64,000 nucleotides of DNA from Acinetobacter phage Ab5: sequence record PP763257.1, one strand, 5' to 3'. Position numbers and translations under genes: made by a program. How positions within the stretch are numbered: position 1 is the stretch's first letter; the number at the start of each line of letters is the position of its first letter. Under the pieces are notes generated by a model that was not told the origin of the DNA, did no database searches, and saw only the letters and a program-made list of their open reading frames with translations. Of the stretch, positions 56,009 through 64,000 are shown piece by piece.

Positions 56009-56260
56009 TTAACCAAAAATCCATTGAGAACCATCTTCTTGTAAAAGCTCTAGGTTATACTCAGGAACATTTAACTCTCTCGTAGAGAAATACATCTCAA
56101 TTTCAGAGTTTAACTTCAAGTTTGAGTTAGTTTTTAAATCATACTTCTCAATTAAGTTTGCTAAAACAACAAAGAAAAACTCGTGATTAATGTCTTCACA
56201 GTAAAATCCTTTATCTTCATTCCAACTAATAATTAAATCTTTCATTTCACATCTCCTCAA
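56009..56260 (-). CDS. hypothetical protein
   Basis: 83 aa. Start may be at the internal MKDLII. Confidence 0.45.
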   Translation of the reverse strand: MRRCEMKDLIISWNEDKGFYCEDINHEFFFVVLANLIEKYDLKTNSNLKLNSEIEMYFSTRELNVPEYNLELLQEDGSQWIFG

Positions 56261-56496
56261 ATATAATTAACAACATTAATAATCAAATTAACACCACAAT
56301 GATGTTCATCATAAACATCATCAACTGATTTATACTCACATAACTCTTGATACTCAGTATCAGATAATGAATAATTCTCACGACAATAATCTAGTAAATC
56401 ACCTAAACTTTCTGAGATTCCAATGTTATCATGTTTACGATTAAAAGTGTGATAACAAGGGTCGTATTGTTCACGTTCTTCAATTAGAATATACAT
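56257..56496 (-). CDS. hypothetical protein
   Basis: 79 aa. Confidence 0.45.
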   Translation of the reverse strand: MYILIEEREQYDPCYHTFNRKHDNIGISESLGDLLDYCRENYSLSDTEYQELCEYKSVDDVYDEHHCGVNLIINVVNYI

Positions 56497-56507
56497 CTCA
56501 AATTTCC

Positions 56508-57089
56508 TTAATATTCCTTAATAATCTTTTCAATCTTTCGTTGTAAATTTCTAACTTTCTTGTCCACTTCTGTAAAATTATTATCATAAATATCATAACT
56601 ATTTTCATAGAAACTGCTATCTACAACACCACCAGAAGCACTCGACCATTTAGATTTTAAATTACACCAAATACTAAAATCCTGATCTGTTTGTAGAGCA
56701 TATCTAACTTTACTGATTAAAGCTTTACGTGTCGATAACTTGTAATTAACTTCACCAACTTTAATCTGGTATTCTAAGTGTGACTTACTAAAACAATTGT
56801 AGGGTTTACGAACTTGGTTCTTGTAATATTTAAACCTCTCTTTCTTGCTCTCAGGAGTATCAATATTAGAAGGAAACTTATATAAAGCCATGTGTTGGTA
56901 ACTTCCAACAACTTCATCAATCCCATCTAGCCAGTGTGGTTTTAACCAAACATAAAGACCTGTTTCTTTACCTTCAATAACTTTAACGAGAAAACGTTTA
57001 TCTCGATCATAAGCTAAAACAACACCAAGACAACCTTTAATGTTGTATTGATCATAATCATCATTGATTGTAACAATAACTTGATTCAT
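56508..57089 (-). CDS. hypothetical protein
   Basis: 193 aa. Confidence 0.5.
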   Translation of the reverse strand: MNQVIVTINDDYDQYNIKGCLGVVLAYDRDKRFLVKVIEGKETGLYVWLKPHWLDGIDEVVGSYQHMALYKFPSNIDTPESKKERFKYYKNQVRKPYNCFSKSHLEYQIKVGEVNYKLSTRKALISKVRYALQTDQDFSIWCNLKSKWSSASGGVVDSSFYENSYDIYDNNFTEVDKKVRNLQRKIEKIIKEY

Positions 57090-57111
57090 TTTAAATCTCC
57101 TAAAAAAGAAG

Positions 57112-57324
57112 TTAACTTAAATTTGAAGCAGAAATTAATTCTTGAACAAAATTATTAGCATCTTCTAGGTTTTCAAAAGATGCTAATGCTTGGAAGCTGC
57201 CTAGTGTGACATAACCACTATCACAGAAATGTGTAGGTTCTTCAACACCAACAACGTATTCAATTTTCTTCTTCAACCAAAGAAAACCAACTTTCTTAGT
57301 GACTATTTTAATCTTAAAATTCAT
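57112..57324 (-). CDS. hypothetical protein
   Basis: 70 aa. Confidence 0.45.
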   Translation of the reverse strand: MNFKIKIVTKKVGFLWLKKKIEYVVGVEEPTHFCDSGYVTLGSFQALASFENLEDANNFVQELISASNLS

Positions 57325-57417
57325 AATAGATTACCTTTAATACTGATGTGTTAATAATTGTTTACAAAGCAACTTTAACATACGTGGAGCAGCAATGCAA
57401 GTGTTATTTCCTCGTTA

Positions 57418-58164
57418 TTAACTCACATCATATAAGTCCTCAAGTAATAAATAACCTTGTTTACGTTTTCCATCAACTTCACTAACCACTTGTGTCTTTC
57501 TAACAACAAAATAATTTCTTATATCGTTACCTACAGCTTTTCTGTTTATATTGAGACTATCGTAAGTTTTTTGTAAAACACTTGTGATATGTGATGATGT
57601 ATACTTTTTACCGGCACGTAAACAACCTAATTTACTTTTTATCTCTAAGTGGTGGTCTTGGAATTTCAAAGCTAAATTGTATGCGTTAAACAGCTTGGTT
57701 TTATTAAAACCAATAGATTTGATCTTATCAACACCTAATACATCAACAAGGAGTTTATGTTCTTCTGAGTAGTTAGATATGTTTTCCACAGTTATAGTAT
57801 CCCCTACTTCAATAGCTTTTATGTATTTTTTCAAAAGTTTACAAAAATCCACCTTGAACCCACATTTCAAATGTTCGAGTGTATTGACTTTGTTGAGTAG
57901 TCTGTTAAACGGTGGAGAAAGTCTAGTGATACATAACTCTTCGTACTTCAATGATTCTTCTTTCGAGCTGAAATATTCTACAATTTCAACCGTAATACAA
58001 CCATCCTCTCCATTCTGAAAGAAATAGCGATTTAAAGCTTTGTTAGAGCTAGTGCCATGTAGACAATGTTTATATCTTTCACCAGAACCTTGTCCAATGT
58101 AAAGAATTTCACCCTCTAACCCTCGTGCAAAGTAAACATAAAACTTTTTCAAACTTTTACTCAA
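57418..58164 (-). CDS. GIY-YIG homing endonuclease
   Basis: The N-terminus FYVYFARGLEGEILYIGQGSGERYKHC carries the GIY-(10-11)-YIG motif with the conserved Arg and Glu. The C-terminal half is a presumptive DNA-binding region. Confidence 0.7.
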   Translation of the reverse strand: MSKSLKKFYVYFARGLEGEILYIGQGSGERYKHCLHGTSSNKALNRYFFQNGEDGCITVEIVEYFSSKEESLKYEELCITRLSPPFNRLLNKVNTLEHLKCGFKVDFCKLLKKYIKAIEVGDTITVENISNYSEEHKLLVDVLGVDKIKSIGFNKTKLFNAYNLALKFQDHHLEIKSKLGCLRAGKKYTSSHITSVLQKTYDSLNINRKAVGNDIRNYFVVRKTQVVSEVDGKRKQGYLLLEDLYDVS

Positions 58165-58188
58165 TTAATAATCTCCAATAATTTTACA

Positions 58189-59487
58189 TTAAATGTTTTC
58201 TTCTTGTAGCCAACCTAAGAACAAGTCCTTCATTCTTTTAGACAAGATAGCAAGATTGATCGGTTTTCCATCTCGTATTGCAGACCTCCAAATAAATTGA
58301 AGCATTTCAGATAAAGCAAACACATCAGCATTTATTGGATATCCATAGTCTTGTAAATAACTAGCAACACTTTGATTCGGATATCGGTCATAAGCATGAA
58401 TAACACAAGTTTTATGTCTATAAGCATTCGTTGCTCTTGTGTTTGATGCCAACCAACAAACATTCTCAGGACACTTTTGTATCTTTAACTCTGTATCTAC
58501 TAAACCGCTAGGTTTAATCTTAGCTGCTTTCGACTTAACATCCAGATTACTTCTATTCTTTGGGAATGTATAAAGCAAATCATAACTAGAAGCTCTCCAC
58601 GAACGAGCAATTGACAGAATGTACCCTTCAATATGTTTAATATCTTGTGTAGACATTTTTGAATATGCAGACACAGATAACTTTAAGTCTTTCTTCCACT
58701 TTTGATTAGTTGGTGAATAAAGATTGATTAATTTAGCTATCTCTTTCTTGCTTGGTACAATTGGTGTAATCTCATCAAATGTTTTATACGGAATCCCCTT
58801 CAACTTTAGAAAACTACTAAGAATATTACCTTCAAACATGTATGTTAAGATAATAGCTCTCTTTGATGATGTAATCAATTTAACAGGAAGCTGTGTAACA
58901 AACATATCATCTTTACGCTTACTAACGTACAACATCTTGTTTTGAACATGTCTTTTAAACTTACTATATTTATGTCTAAAGTCGTCAAATGCTTTATCTA
59001 AGTTACTATCAATATCCTTACCACACCACGTCAACATTCCGTCATTTTCTTGTACACTAATCACACCCAATTCAATTAATGATGTAACATCTGGTGCTGA
59101 GTATGCATGATAATCATCAATCATTGCAATCTCTTCATCTACAACTAACACATAATTGTGTTTCTCCATTTCACTAAAATGCTCATCTGTCATGTTTAGG
59201 TATAGATTATGTGTACATGTAATATTAGCACCAATTCTCAATAATTCTAACAGGTGACTACCTTTTGTGTCATGATGGTTATCCTCATCATCTCTCTTGG
59301 TTTCTGGAGCTACAAATCTAGTTAGTGGACAAGCTTGCTGAATACGACCACCATCTTTAACTTCTTCTAGGAGTGGTGATATATAAAAGAATTTATATAT
59401 GTGATTATTCTCTTCCATCCATTTACAAATCTTAGACGTCTTATGTGACCCCATCATAGCATCTACAATCTCTACAAAATTACTCAT
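58189..59487 (-). CDS. atypical P-loop NTPase; first gene transcribed leftward from the iteron region
   Basis: 432 aa. Walker A-like MMGSHKTSK near the N-terminus and Walker B-like VLVVDEE. The GS(H/Y)KTS form is reminiscent of Zot/pI-type NTPases, but this is from memory and not verified. Confidence 0.5.
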   Translation of the reverse strand: MSNFVEIVDAMMGSHKTSKICKWMEENNHIYKFFYISPLLEEVKDGGRIQQACPLTRFVAPETKRDDEDNHHDTKGSHLLELLRIGANITCTHNLYLNMTDEHFSEMEKHNYVLVVDEEIAMIDDYHAYSAPDVTSLIELGVISVQENDGMLTWCGKDIDSNLDKAFDDFRHKYSKFKRHVQNKMLYVSKRKDDMFVTQLPVKLITSSKRAIILTYMFEGNILSSFLKLKGIPYKTFDEITPIVPSKKEIAKLINLYSPTNQKWKKDLKLSVSAYSKMSTQDIKHIEGYILSIARSWRASSYDLLYTFPKNRSNLDVKSKAAKIKPSGLVDTELKIQKCPENVCWLASNTRATNAYRHKTCVIHAYDRYPNQSVASYLQDYGYPINADVFALSEMLQFIWRSAIRDGKPINLAILSKRMKDLFLGWLQEENI

Positions 59488-59799
59488 CTATATTATTTAC
59501 CTCATATTATTAAAATGACAAACAATATAACACAATAGTATTTATAAAACAACCAATACAATATCAATTGATTAATAAATACACAATTTGTAACATTGGC
59601 GCAATATTCCTAAGGGGATAGGAGATTTCCAGTGTATTTTGTGGTCTTAGTTTTTGGGAAGGTTTACTATAAGGAAAAGGTGTGTAATCTATTGATTAAT
59701 AAGGAATAAAAAATGAGTTTGTAAGGTAATGCCTTACTGGGAATGTAAAACATACTAATTGTATACTTTATGTAACTTTAATATTAACACTAATAAAGA

Positions 59800-60400
59800 C
59801 GTAGTATTGACCTAGTATATGAACGTAGTGATATGACACTTTAAATCAAACACTTATATAAGGATAGTGTTATCTTAATAGCTAATAGTGAACATGTGTA
59901 CACTTAAAAGATAATAGTAAGTTATCAGTAGTGTATTAATAATACCACCAGTAAGGTGTATCAGTAGTGTACATCAGTAGTGCTCTATTAGTGTATCTAT
60001 AAGGGATAACACTAGTGTTATAGTATTATTGAGAACAACTTTAGATTATCTTTAGTGTTGTTGTAGTGTTGGTAAAATACTATCGTAGTGTTAGTAGAAG
60101 ATTACTGTAGTGTTATTGTAGTGTTAATCACCTTAGAAAAATAAATACAACTACTTTAGTGTAAAATAATTTAATAAAATTAAAATTAATTTAAATTATT
60201 TTTAATTAGTTACAATTACATAAAAATAAACTTAATTATTGACACCTTATTATTGACTTTACCCTACTTTAGTGTATATTAGTGTTGGTATTAGTGTTAG
60301 TACTAGTTGTAACACTAGTGTTATTGTAGTGATAGGCATGATCTAAGAGCTACAATTAAGCACAAACTATGTTGTTCTTCTTTGTTATTTAGTGTATTGT
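59800..60400. repeat. iteron array (about twenty copies of the TAGTGTT/TAGTGTA core, including two palindromes AACACTAGTGTT); putative replication origin / regulatory binding-site cluster
   Basis: Direct reading. GTAGTGTT, TTAGTGTT and CAGTAGTGT recur at irregular 9-40 nt spacing. Perfect 12-nt palindromes lie at 60008-60019 and 60311-60322 on either side of a >85% A+T block at 60161-60250. No ORF is present. Confidence 0.6.
60161..60250. promoter_or_regulatory. extremely AT-rich block (candidate DNA-unwinding element) flanked by iterons; tandem TTGACA/TTGACT at its right edge
   Basis: aataatttaataaaattaaaattaatttaaattatttttaattagttacaattacataaaaataaacttaattattgacaccttattattgact. Confidence 0.4.
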
Positions 60401-60595
60401 GTTATAATGAACGAAGTGATATGATGTTTGGTGTTGATGTGTTGTTGTTTGCTCCTGATCAAAGATCAGCTTGATACGAGCATTAGATCATTCTTTGTTG
60501 TGTTGTAGGATATTCCTAATGTTGAAAACAAAATGCCGTTGCTTTTGACCCATAGGGGTATCCTTAGTTAAATTGTTGCTTTACTGGAGTATTAT

Positions 60596-60805
60596 ATGTT
60601 GTTATTTAAGTTATTTATTATAGGATCATTAGTTTGTGTATTCTTAACCTTTTTCTTTATGGTGATTGGTGTTTGTTATGATTTTAACCAACCTAAGTGG
60701 ATTGAAAAGATTATAGATTATTTATCAATCTTTACATTATTTTTGTGTTTAGTGTGGTTGTTAATCATATTTGTTGGTTTAAGTATTTCAGTATTGACAG
60801 CTTAG
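60596..60805 (+). CDS. small hydrophobic membrane protein (69 aa)
   Basis: Two TM helices. GGAG 9 nt upstream. It is the only ORF in the 1.8 kb control region, and whether it codes is uncertain. Confidence 0.3.
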   Translation: MLLFKLFIIGSLVCVFLTFFFMVIGVCYDFNQPKWIEKIIDYLSIFTLFLCLVWLLIIFVGLSISVLTA

Positions 60806-61254
60806 TAGACTATAATTATTAAAATCTCTAAGGCTTACTCTCGCGTGAGCCTGTGAGAGAAATTTTTGGGGAATTTTGCAAAAATAATTTAGAAATATAC
60901 ACAATGAATTATTTTACCACTCTGAAATTAAAAATAATAATTTATCTTTTAGTATAATCACTTTACAAAAATAGTAATTATTTTCTGTTACATTCTTGAC
61001 TTCTTTTTCTTGTTGTGTTATTTACACGCGTTTTTCATTTATAAATAAAGAAAAGACCTGCACGGCGCTCTAATACGTCTTTAAGCGTGTGTTTTGATAT
61101 GTTTCACTACGTTCAACCGTATGTGTATGTTAGCTTTAGGGGTGTTTTGAGATAAGGATCATCTTTATTAGAATAAATATTGTAATGTTTTAATGATTAA
61201 CTCATTGTTTTATAAGAATTAGATAAAAAATATAAAAATAATTTAAAATAGTTG

Positions 61255-61310
61255 TTGACACATTAGAGAGAAATTGTTTTAATAGCTTCATACCGAACGA
61301 GATGTCGTTC
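61255..61310 (+). promoter_or_regulatory. putative promoter plus inverted repeat upstream of the right-hand gene block
   Basis: TTGACA at 61255-61260, 17-18 nt, then TTTAAT/TTAATA. The inverted repeat GAACGAgatgTCGTTC lies at 61295-61310. Confidence 0.35.
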
Positions 61311-61349
61311 AACCAAGCAATAACGCTTAAACATAGAAGGTAGAACATC

Positions 61350-61667
61350 ATGGAATACAAAATCTCTCAATCAGTTAAACAACATGTTAATGCTGCTAAA
61401 TTGATTCAAAAGGCTGCTAAATTAGGAATGAATTTAGATGGTTATGGTTTCTTAGATTATAACTCAACTTATGGTAACACATACTTGTGGTTAGAAGACT
61501 ATATGTTCACACTATATATTAGTGATTTTGATAACACAATTAAAGCATTATACACTTGTAGTTATGATGGTGAAGAGTGGGAGCGTAATGCTGGAACATC
61601 ATTAGATAAGCTTGAAGCTTGGGCATTACGTTGTTACAAGAAATCTGAAAAGAAAGAAGGTAAATAA
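61350..61667 (+). CDS. hypothetical protein
   Basis: 105 aa. GAAGGTAG RBS. Confidence 0.5.
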   Translation: MEYKISQSVKQHVNAAKLIQKAAKLGMNLDGYGFLDYNSTYGNTYLWLEDYMFTLYISDFDNTIKALYTCSYDGEEWERNAGTSLDKLEAWALRCYKKSEKKEGK

Positions 61668-61918
61668 TGAGTATTAAGTATACTGTGTGTAAAAACAAAA
61701 TGAATGATCATCAATATATTGTTTTTAAATACAAGGGTATTTATTACAAAGCGTTGCAGTTTAGCGATTTGGATTTGTGGTTGTGGGTGGATAAATCAGC
61801 TTTTTCTGGTGAATGTTATAACCTACAACTATTAAAAACCTTTAAAAATGATCAAGTGTGCACATTTGATGAAATATATAAAACTGTTTTAGAGTGGTTA
61901 ACTAATGAAACAACGTAA
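61667..61918 (+). CDS. hypothetical protein
   Basis: 83 aa. ATGA overlap. Confidence 0.5.
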   Translation: MSIKYTVCKNKMNDHQYIVFKYKGIYYKALQFSDLDLWLWVDKSAFSGECYNLQLLKTFKNDQVCTFDEIYKTVLEWLTNETT

Positions 61919-62093
61919 ATATACATACCTTAGAGTATTACAACAAAATATCGGTTACGGGTTTGAGGATGTTGATTGTTTTGATCTTCATAACTCAACT
62001 GTACAAGAACGTAAACAACGGTTGAAAGAGTATAGAGAGAATCAACCACAAGCCAATTATCGTTGGGTAGATAGACGGGAGTTAAACAAATGA
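61905..62093 (+). CDS. hypothetical basic protein
   Basis: 62 aa. Confidence 0.45.
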   Translation: MKQRKYTYLRVLQQNIGYGFEDVDCFDLHNSTVQERKQRLKEYRENQPQANYRWVDRRELNK

Positions 62094-62404
62094 ATATCAA
62101 TCAAAAGCAATTAGCAATCTCACAAGGTTATCAAGTATTGAGTTTTGATGAGATGAAAAAGAAACTTAATGAATTAGGTTATGATATTACTAAACAATAC
62201 GTAAAATCGTGGCGATGTGCTAATGTGTGGAATGGTTTAATGTATTATATAACTGGTTGTTTTTTCTTAGGTACAAGTATTTGTTTTGCTAATGTTGCAG
62301 GCAATGAAATTAGAAACTCAATCTCTAAAGAAAAGCAAGATGCCTTTAGAGAATTGAGAATTAATACGTATTTCACAATTGGTAACGATTTATATTGTAT
62401 TTAA
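62090..62404 (+). CDS. hypothetical protein with one TM segment
   Basis: 104 aa. ATGA overlap. Confidence 0.5.
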   Translation: MNINQKQLAISQGYQVLSFDEMKKKLNELGYDITKQYVKSWRCANVWNGLMYYITGCFFLGTSICFANVAGNEIRNSISKEKQDAFRELRINTYFTIGNDLYCI

Positions 62405-62419
62405 GGAGCTTAAAAAAAA

Positions 62420-62632
62420 ATGACTATCCGTGTACATTGTTATGAAAATATACAGAATGACAGTAAGATGATGAAAATACACATTTACAAAAATGGCAAC
62501 TTTGTTTCATCATCAAATAAGATGCCTTATTGTGAACGTACAATTAAGTTATATGCTAGAGGGCATAAGGTTGTAGAGTTGATTAATGTTGCTAAGAGCA
62601 GAGATTTAAATGTTAAGGAAATTATGATATGA
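62420..62632 (+). CDS. hypothetical protein
   Basis: 70 aa. AAGGAG RBS. Confidence 0.45.
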   Translation: MTIRVHCYENIQNDSKMMKIHIYKNGNFVSSSNKMPYCERTIKLYARGHKVVELINVAKSRDLNVKEIMI

Positions 62633-62934
62633 AGATAACAAAAGATCATGCTTTATTCTATGCAAGTAAGAAAAGTAAAGTCTTTTCTTGTGATGTATCA
62701 ATTCATAGTTTGATTAATTCGCAAATAGAGTTATCTAAAAACTTTATTGATAAACATAATGACTTAACAATCATTAGATCATTATATCAACGTTGTATTC
62801 GTAATGATCTTAACTTATATGCAGAATTCAGAAGGTTACTTGAGTCGAGCACTACAATACGACCAAATAGGGCTAGAATGTGTAAAAACATTCTAAAGGG
62901 GTTAAGAAAGAATAAATATTTAAAAAGAATGTGA
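62629..62934 (+). CDS. hypothetical basic protein
   Basis: 101 aa. Confidence 0.5.
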   Translation: MKITKDHALFYASKKSKVFSCDVSIHSLINSQIELSKNFIDKHNDLTIIRSLYQRCIRNDLNLYAEFRRLLESSTTIRPNRARMCKNILKGLRKNKYLKRM

Positions 62935-62983
62935 GTGTAAAGCTTGCATTCTTTTTTGTTGTCTGTATAATGAAAAATATAAA

Positions 62984-63199
62984 ATGATAGATAGGAATAA
63001 TATCATGCATTTCCGTGAAGTTAACAACAAGCTTAAACAACTAAAGTCAGAAGTTATGTGGTGCAGTAAAGCTTTATCTTTCGCTAATGTGTCTAATGAA
63101 GTTTATCAAGCTAAAGTTCGAGCATTCTTTCAAGCTCAAAAAGAGTTAGAGCTATTTCGTAATACAACATTAAAGGAGCTATCATCATGTACAGTTTAG
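62984..63199 (+). CDS. hypothetical protein
   Basis: 71 aa. Confidence 0.45.
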   Translation: MIDRNNIMHFREVNNKLKQLKSEVMWCSKALSFANVSNEVYQAKVRAFFQAQKELELFRNTTLKELSSCTV

Positions 63200-63357
63200 T
63201 TATTATGTTCTTTTTAAATAATGGTATGAAATATGACACTACAATCGTTAAGTCTAACATGTCTAAAAAATCTTGTTTGCTGCTATCATCACAGTTAATG
63301 GAAAACTTACAAGGATCTAATTATGAGCTTAAATGTGTACCTACAAAGGATGAGTAA
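63187..63357 (+). CDS. hypothetical small protein (56 aa)
   Basis: AAGGAG RBS 8 nt upstream of the ATG. Not in the ORF track. Confidence 0.4.
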   Translation: MYSLVIMFFLNNGMKYDTTIVKSNMSKKSCLLLSSQLMENLQGSNYELKCVPTKDE

Positions 63358-63358
63358 T

Positions 63359-63535
63359 ATGTTATATTCTTTAATTCTTGTTTTAACCTTATCTGGAAAT
63401 TCTAATGAAGTAGTTTTGAAGGAACAATTAACACAAGATGAATGCGTTGCTATAATGCAAGAATCAAGCTACAAATACAAAACAGATAAAACTGAAATAA
63501 TTTGCCGTAACGATGAATTTACATTAGTTATTTAA
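63359..63535 (+). CDS. hypothetical small protein with a hydrophobic N-terminus (possible signal peptide)
   Basis: ATG at 63359 is 8 nt after AAAGGA. MLYSLILVLTLSGNSNEV. The track start at 63323 overlaps the preceding small ORF. Confidence 0.4.
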   Translation: MLYSLILVLTLSGNSNEVVLKEQLTQDECVAIMQESSYKYKTDKTEIICRNDEFTLVI

Positions 63536-63551
63536 AATTTCAACAACACAT

Positions 63552-63576
63552 AGCCCCTTGATTGGGGCTTTTTTAC
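63552..63576 (+). terminator. rho-independent terminator
   Basis: AGCCCCttgattGGGGCT followed by TTTTTT. Confidence 0.65.
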
Positions 63577-64000
63577 ATCTATATAAAACATATCTTAGAA
63601 TACTTCTAATATCATTCATTATAACGCCGTATAGCAGCTTTATAGCAACGTTATAGAGTTTTAAGCTAGGGTAGTACCTTAACGTATTAAAGTGTCTGTA
63701 ATAAGCTTAGAATGAGTAATAAAGACATGTTTAAAATTCTCTTTATAGAATTTAATTTGTATTGTTTCTTTAATCTTATCTCAAAATTAAATATCAAATC
63801 TTTTTAGCTTAAGGGTATCTGTTAAGGAGCTTGTTTGTATGTTTGTAAATAAAGATATAAGAAATAATTTAAATCAAGTGTGGTGAATCTTTAAAGCTTT
63901 GTGGGGATATACCAGTGATCATAAAAAGAAAAGTATTAATCTTTGAAGTGATATTACTCGATATTTTATAGGAAAAACCGATCGAAAAGACCTAGCCCTC

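Noticed and set aside
57584-58018. + strand ORFs (62 and 79 aa) inside the GIY-YIG gene, and 58724-58945 inside the NTPase gene
   Set aside because: They are antisense to - strand genes with recognisable motifs and lie in a uniformly leftward-transcribed block.
46055-59500. Whether the - strand block is a separate integrated mobile element or prophage-in-phage
   Set aside because: No integrase, transposase or flanking direct repeats were seen. Codon and AT composition and promoter/RBS style match the rest of the genome. It is bounded by a bidirectional terminator and the divergent control region, so it looks like an ordinary leftward early operon.
59800-60400. Possibility that the repeat cluster is a CRISPR array
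   Set aside because: Repeats are only 7-12 nt, spacing is irregular (9-40 nt), there are no uniform spacers, and no cas genes are present. It is an iteron array, not CRISPR.

Overview
This is an AT-rich window from a tailed dsDNA bacteriophage. The host is probably a low-GC Gram-positive bacterium: genes are preceded by long AGGAGG-type ribosome binding sites, GTG/TTG starts are frequent, and there are many TTGACA-N17-TATAAT-like promoters. No integrase or repressor is visible.

Layout: (i) 1-13.7 kb on the + strand is the late region. It holds the tail tape-measure protein, a Mu/P2-like baseplate gene set (hub, spike, W/gp25-like, J-like, I-like), an embedded lysis cassette (two holin-like membrane proteins plus a GH19 lysin), and two receptor-binding proteins, one with a pectate-lyase-like beta-helix. 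(ii) 13.9-46 kb on the + strand holds about 75 tightly packed early/middle genes. These include a T7-like replisome (TOPRIM primase-DnaB helicase fusion, family-A DNA polymerase, gp2.5-like SSB, FEN/5'-3' exonuclease, a free-standing DEDDy 3'-5' exonuclease), nucleotide metabolism (RNR alpha/beta plus NrdH-like redoxin, ThyA, DHFR), a tRNA-Arg(UCU), and several HNH and HNH-AP2 homing endonucleases. (iii) A bidirectional terminator sits at 46.06 kb. (iv) 46.1-59.5 kb on the - strand holds about 35 small genes. These include a PspA/IM30 homologue with two paralogous membrane-anchored proteins, a GIY-YIG endonuclease, another HNH-AP2 endonuclease and an atypical P-loop NTPase. (v) 59.5-61.35 kb is an almost ORF-free 1.8 kb divergent control region. 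It carries about twenty TAGTGTT-type iterons, two perfect palindromes AACACTAGTGTT and an extremely AT-rich block, and looks like a replication origin or regulatory hub. (vi) 61.35-63.6 kb is a + strand block of small genes ending in a terminator.

On the request to find a previously undescribed system: I could not single out one novel system with confidence. The strongest candidates are the PspA-plus-paralogue membrane module, the iteron region with its adjacent NTPase, a recurring conserved promoter/terminator cassette, and an expanded family of ~55-aa proteins with a shared ExxEA motif. All coordinates and motifs come from reading the sequence by eye. No database search was run and no numbers were computed.
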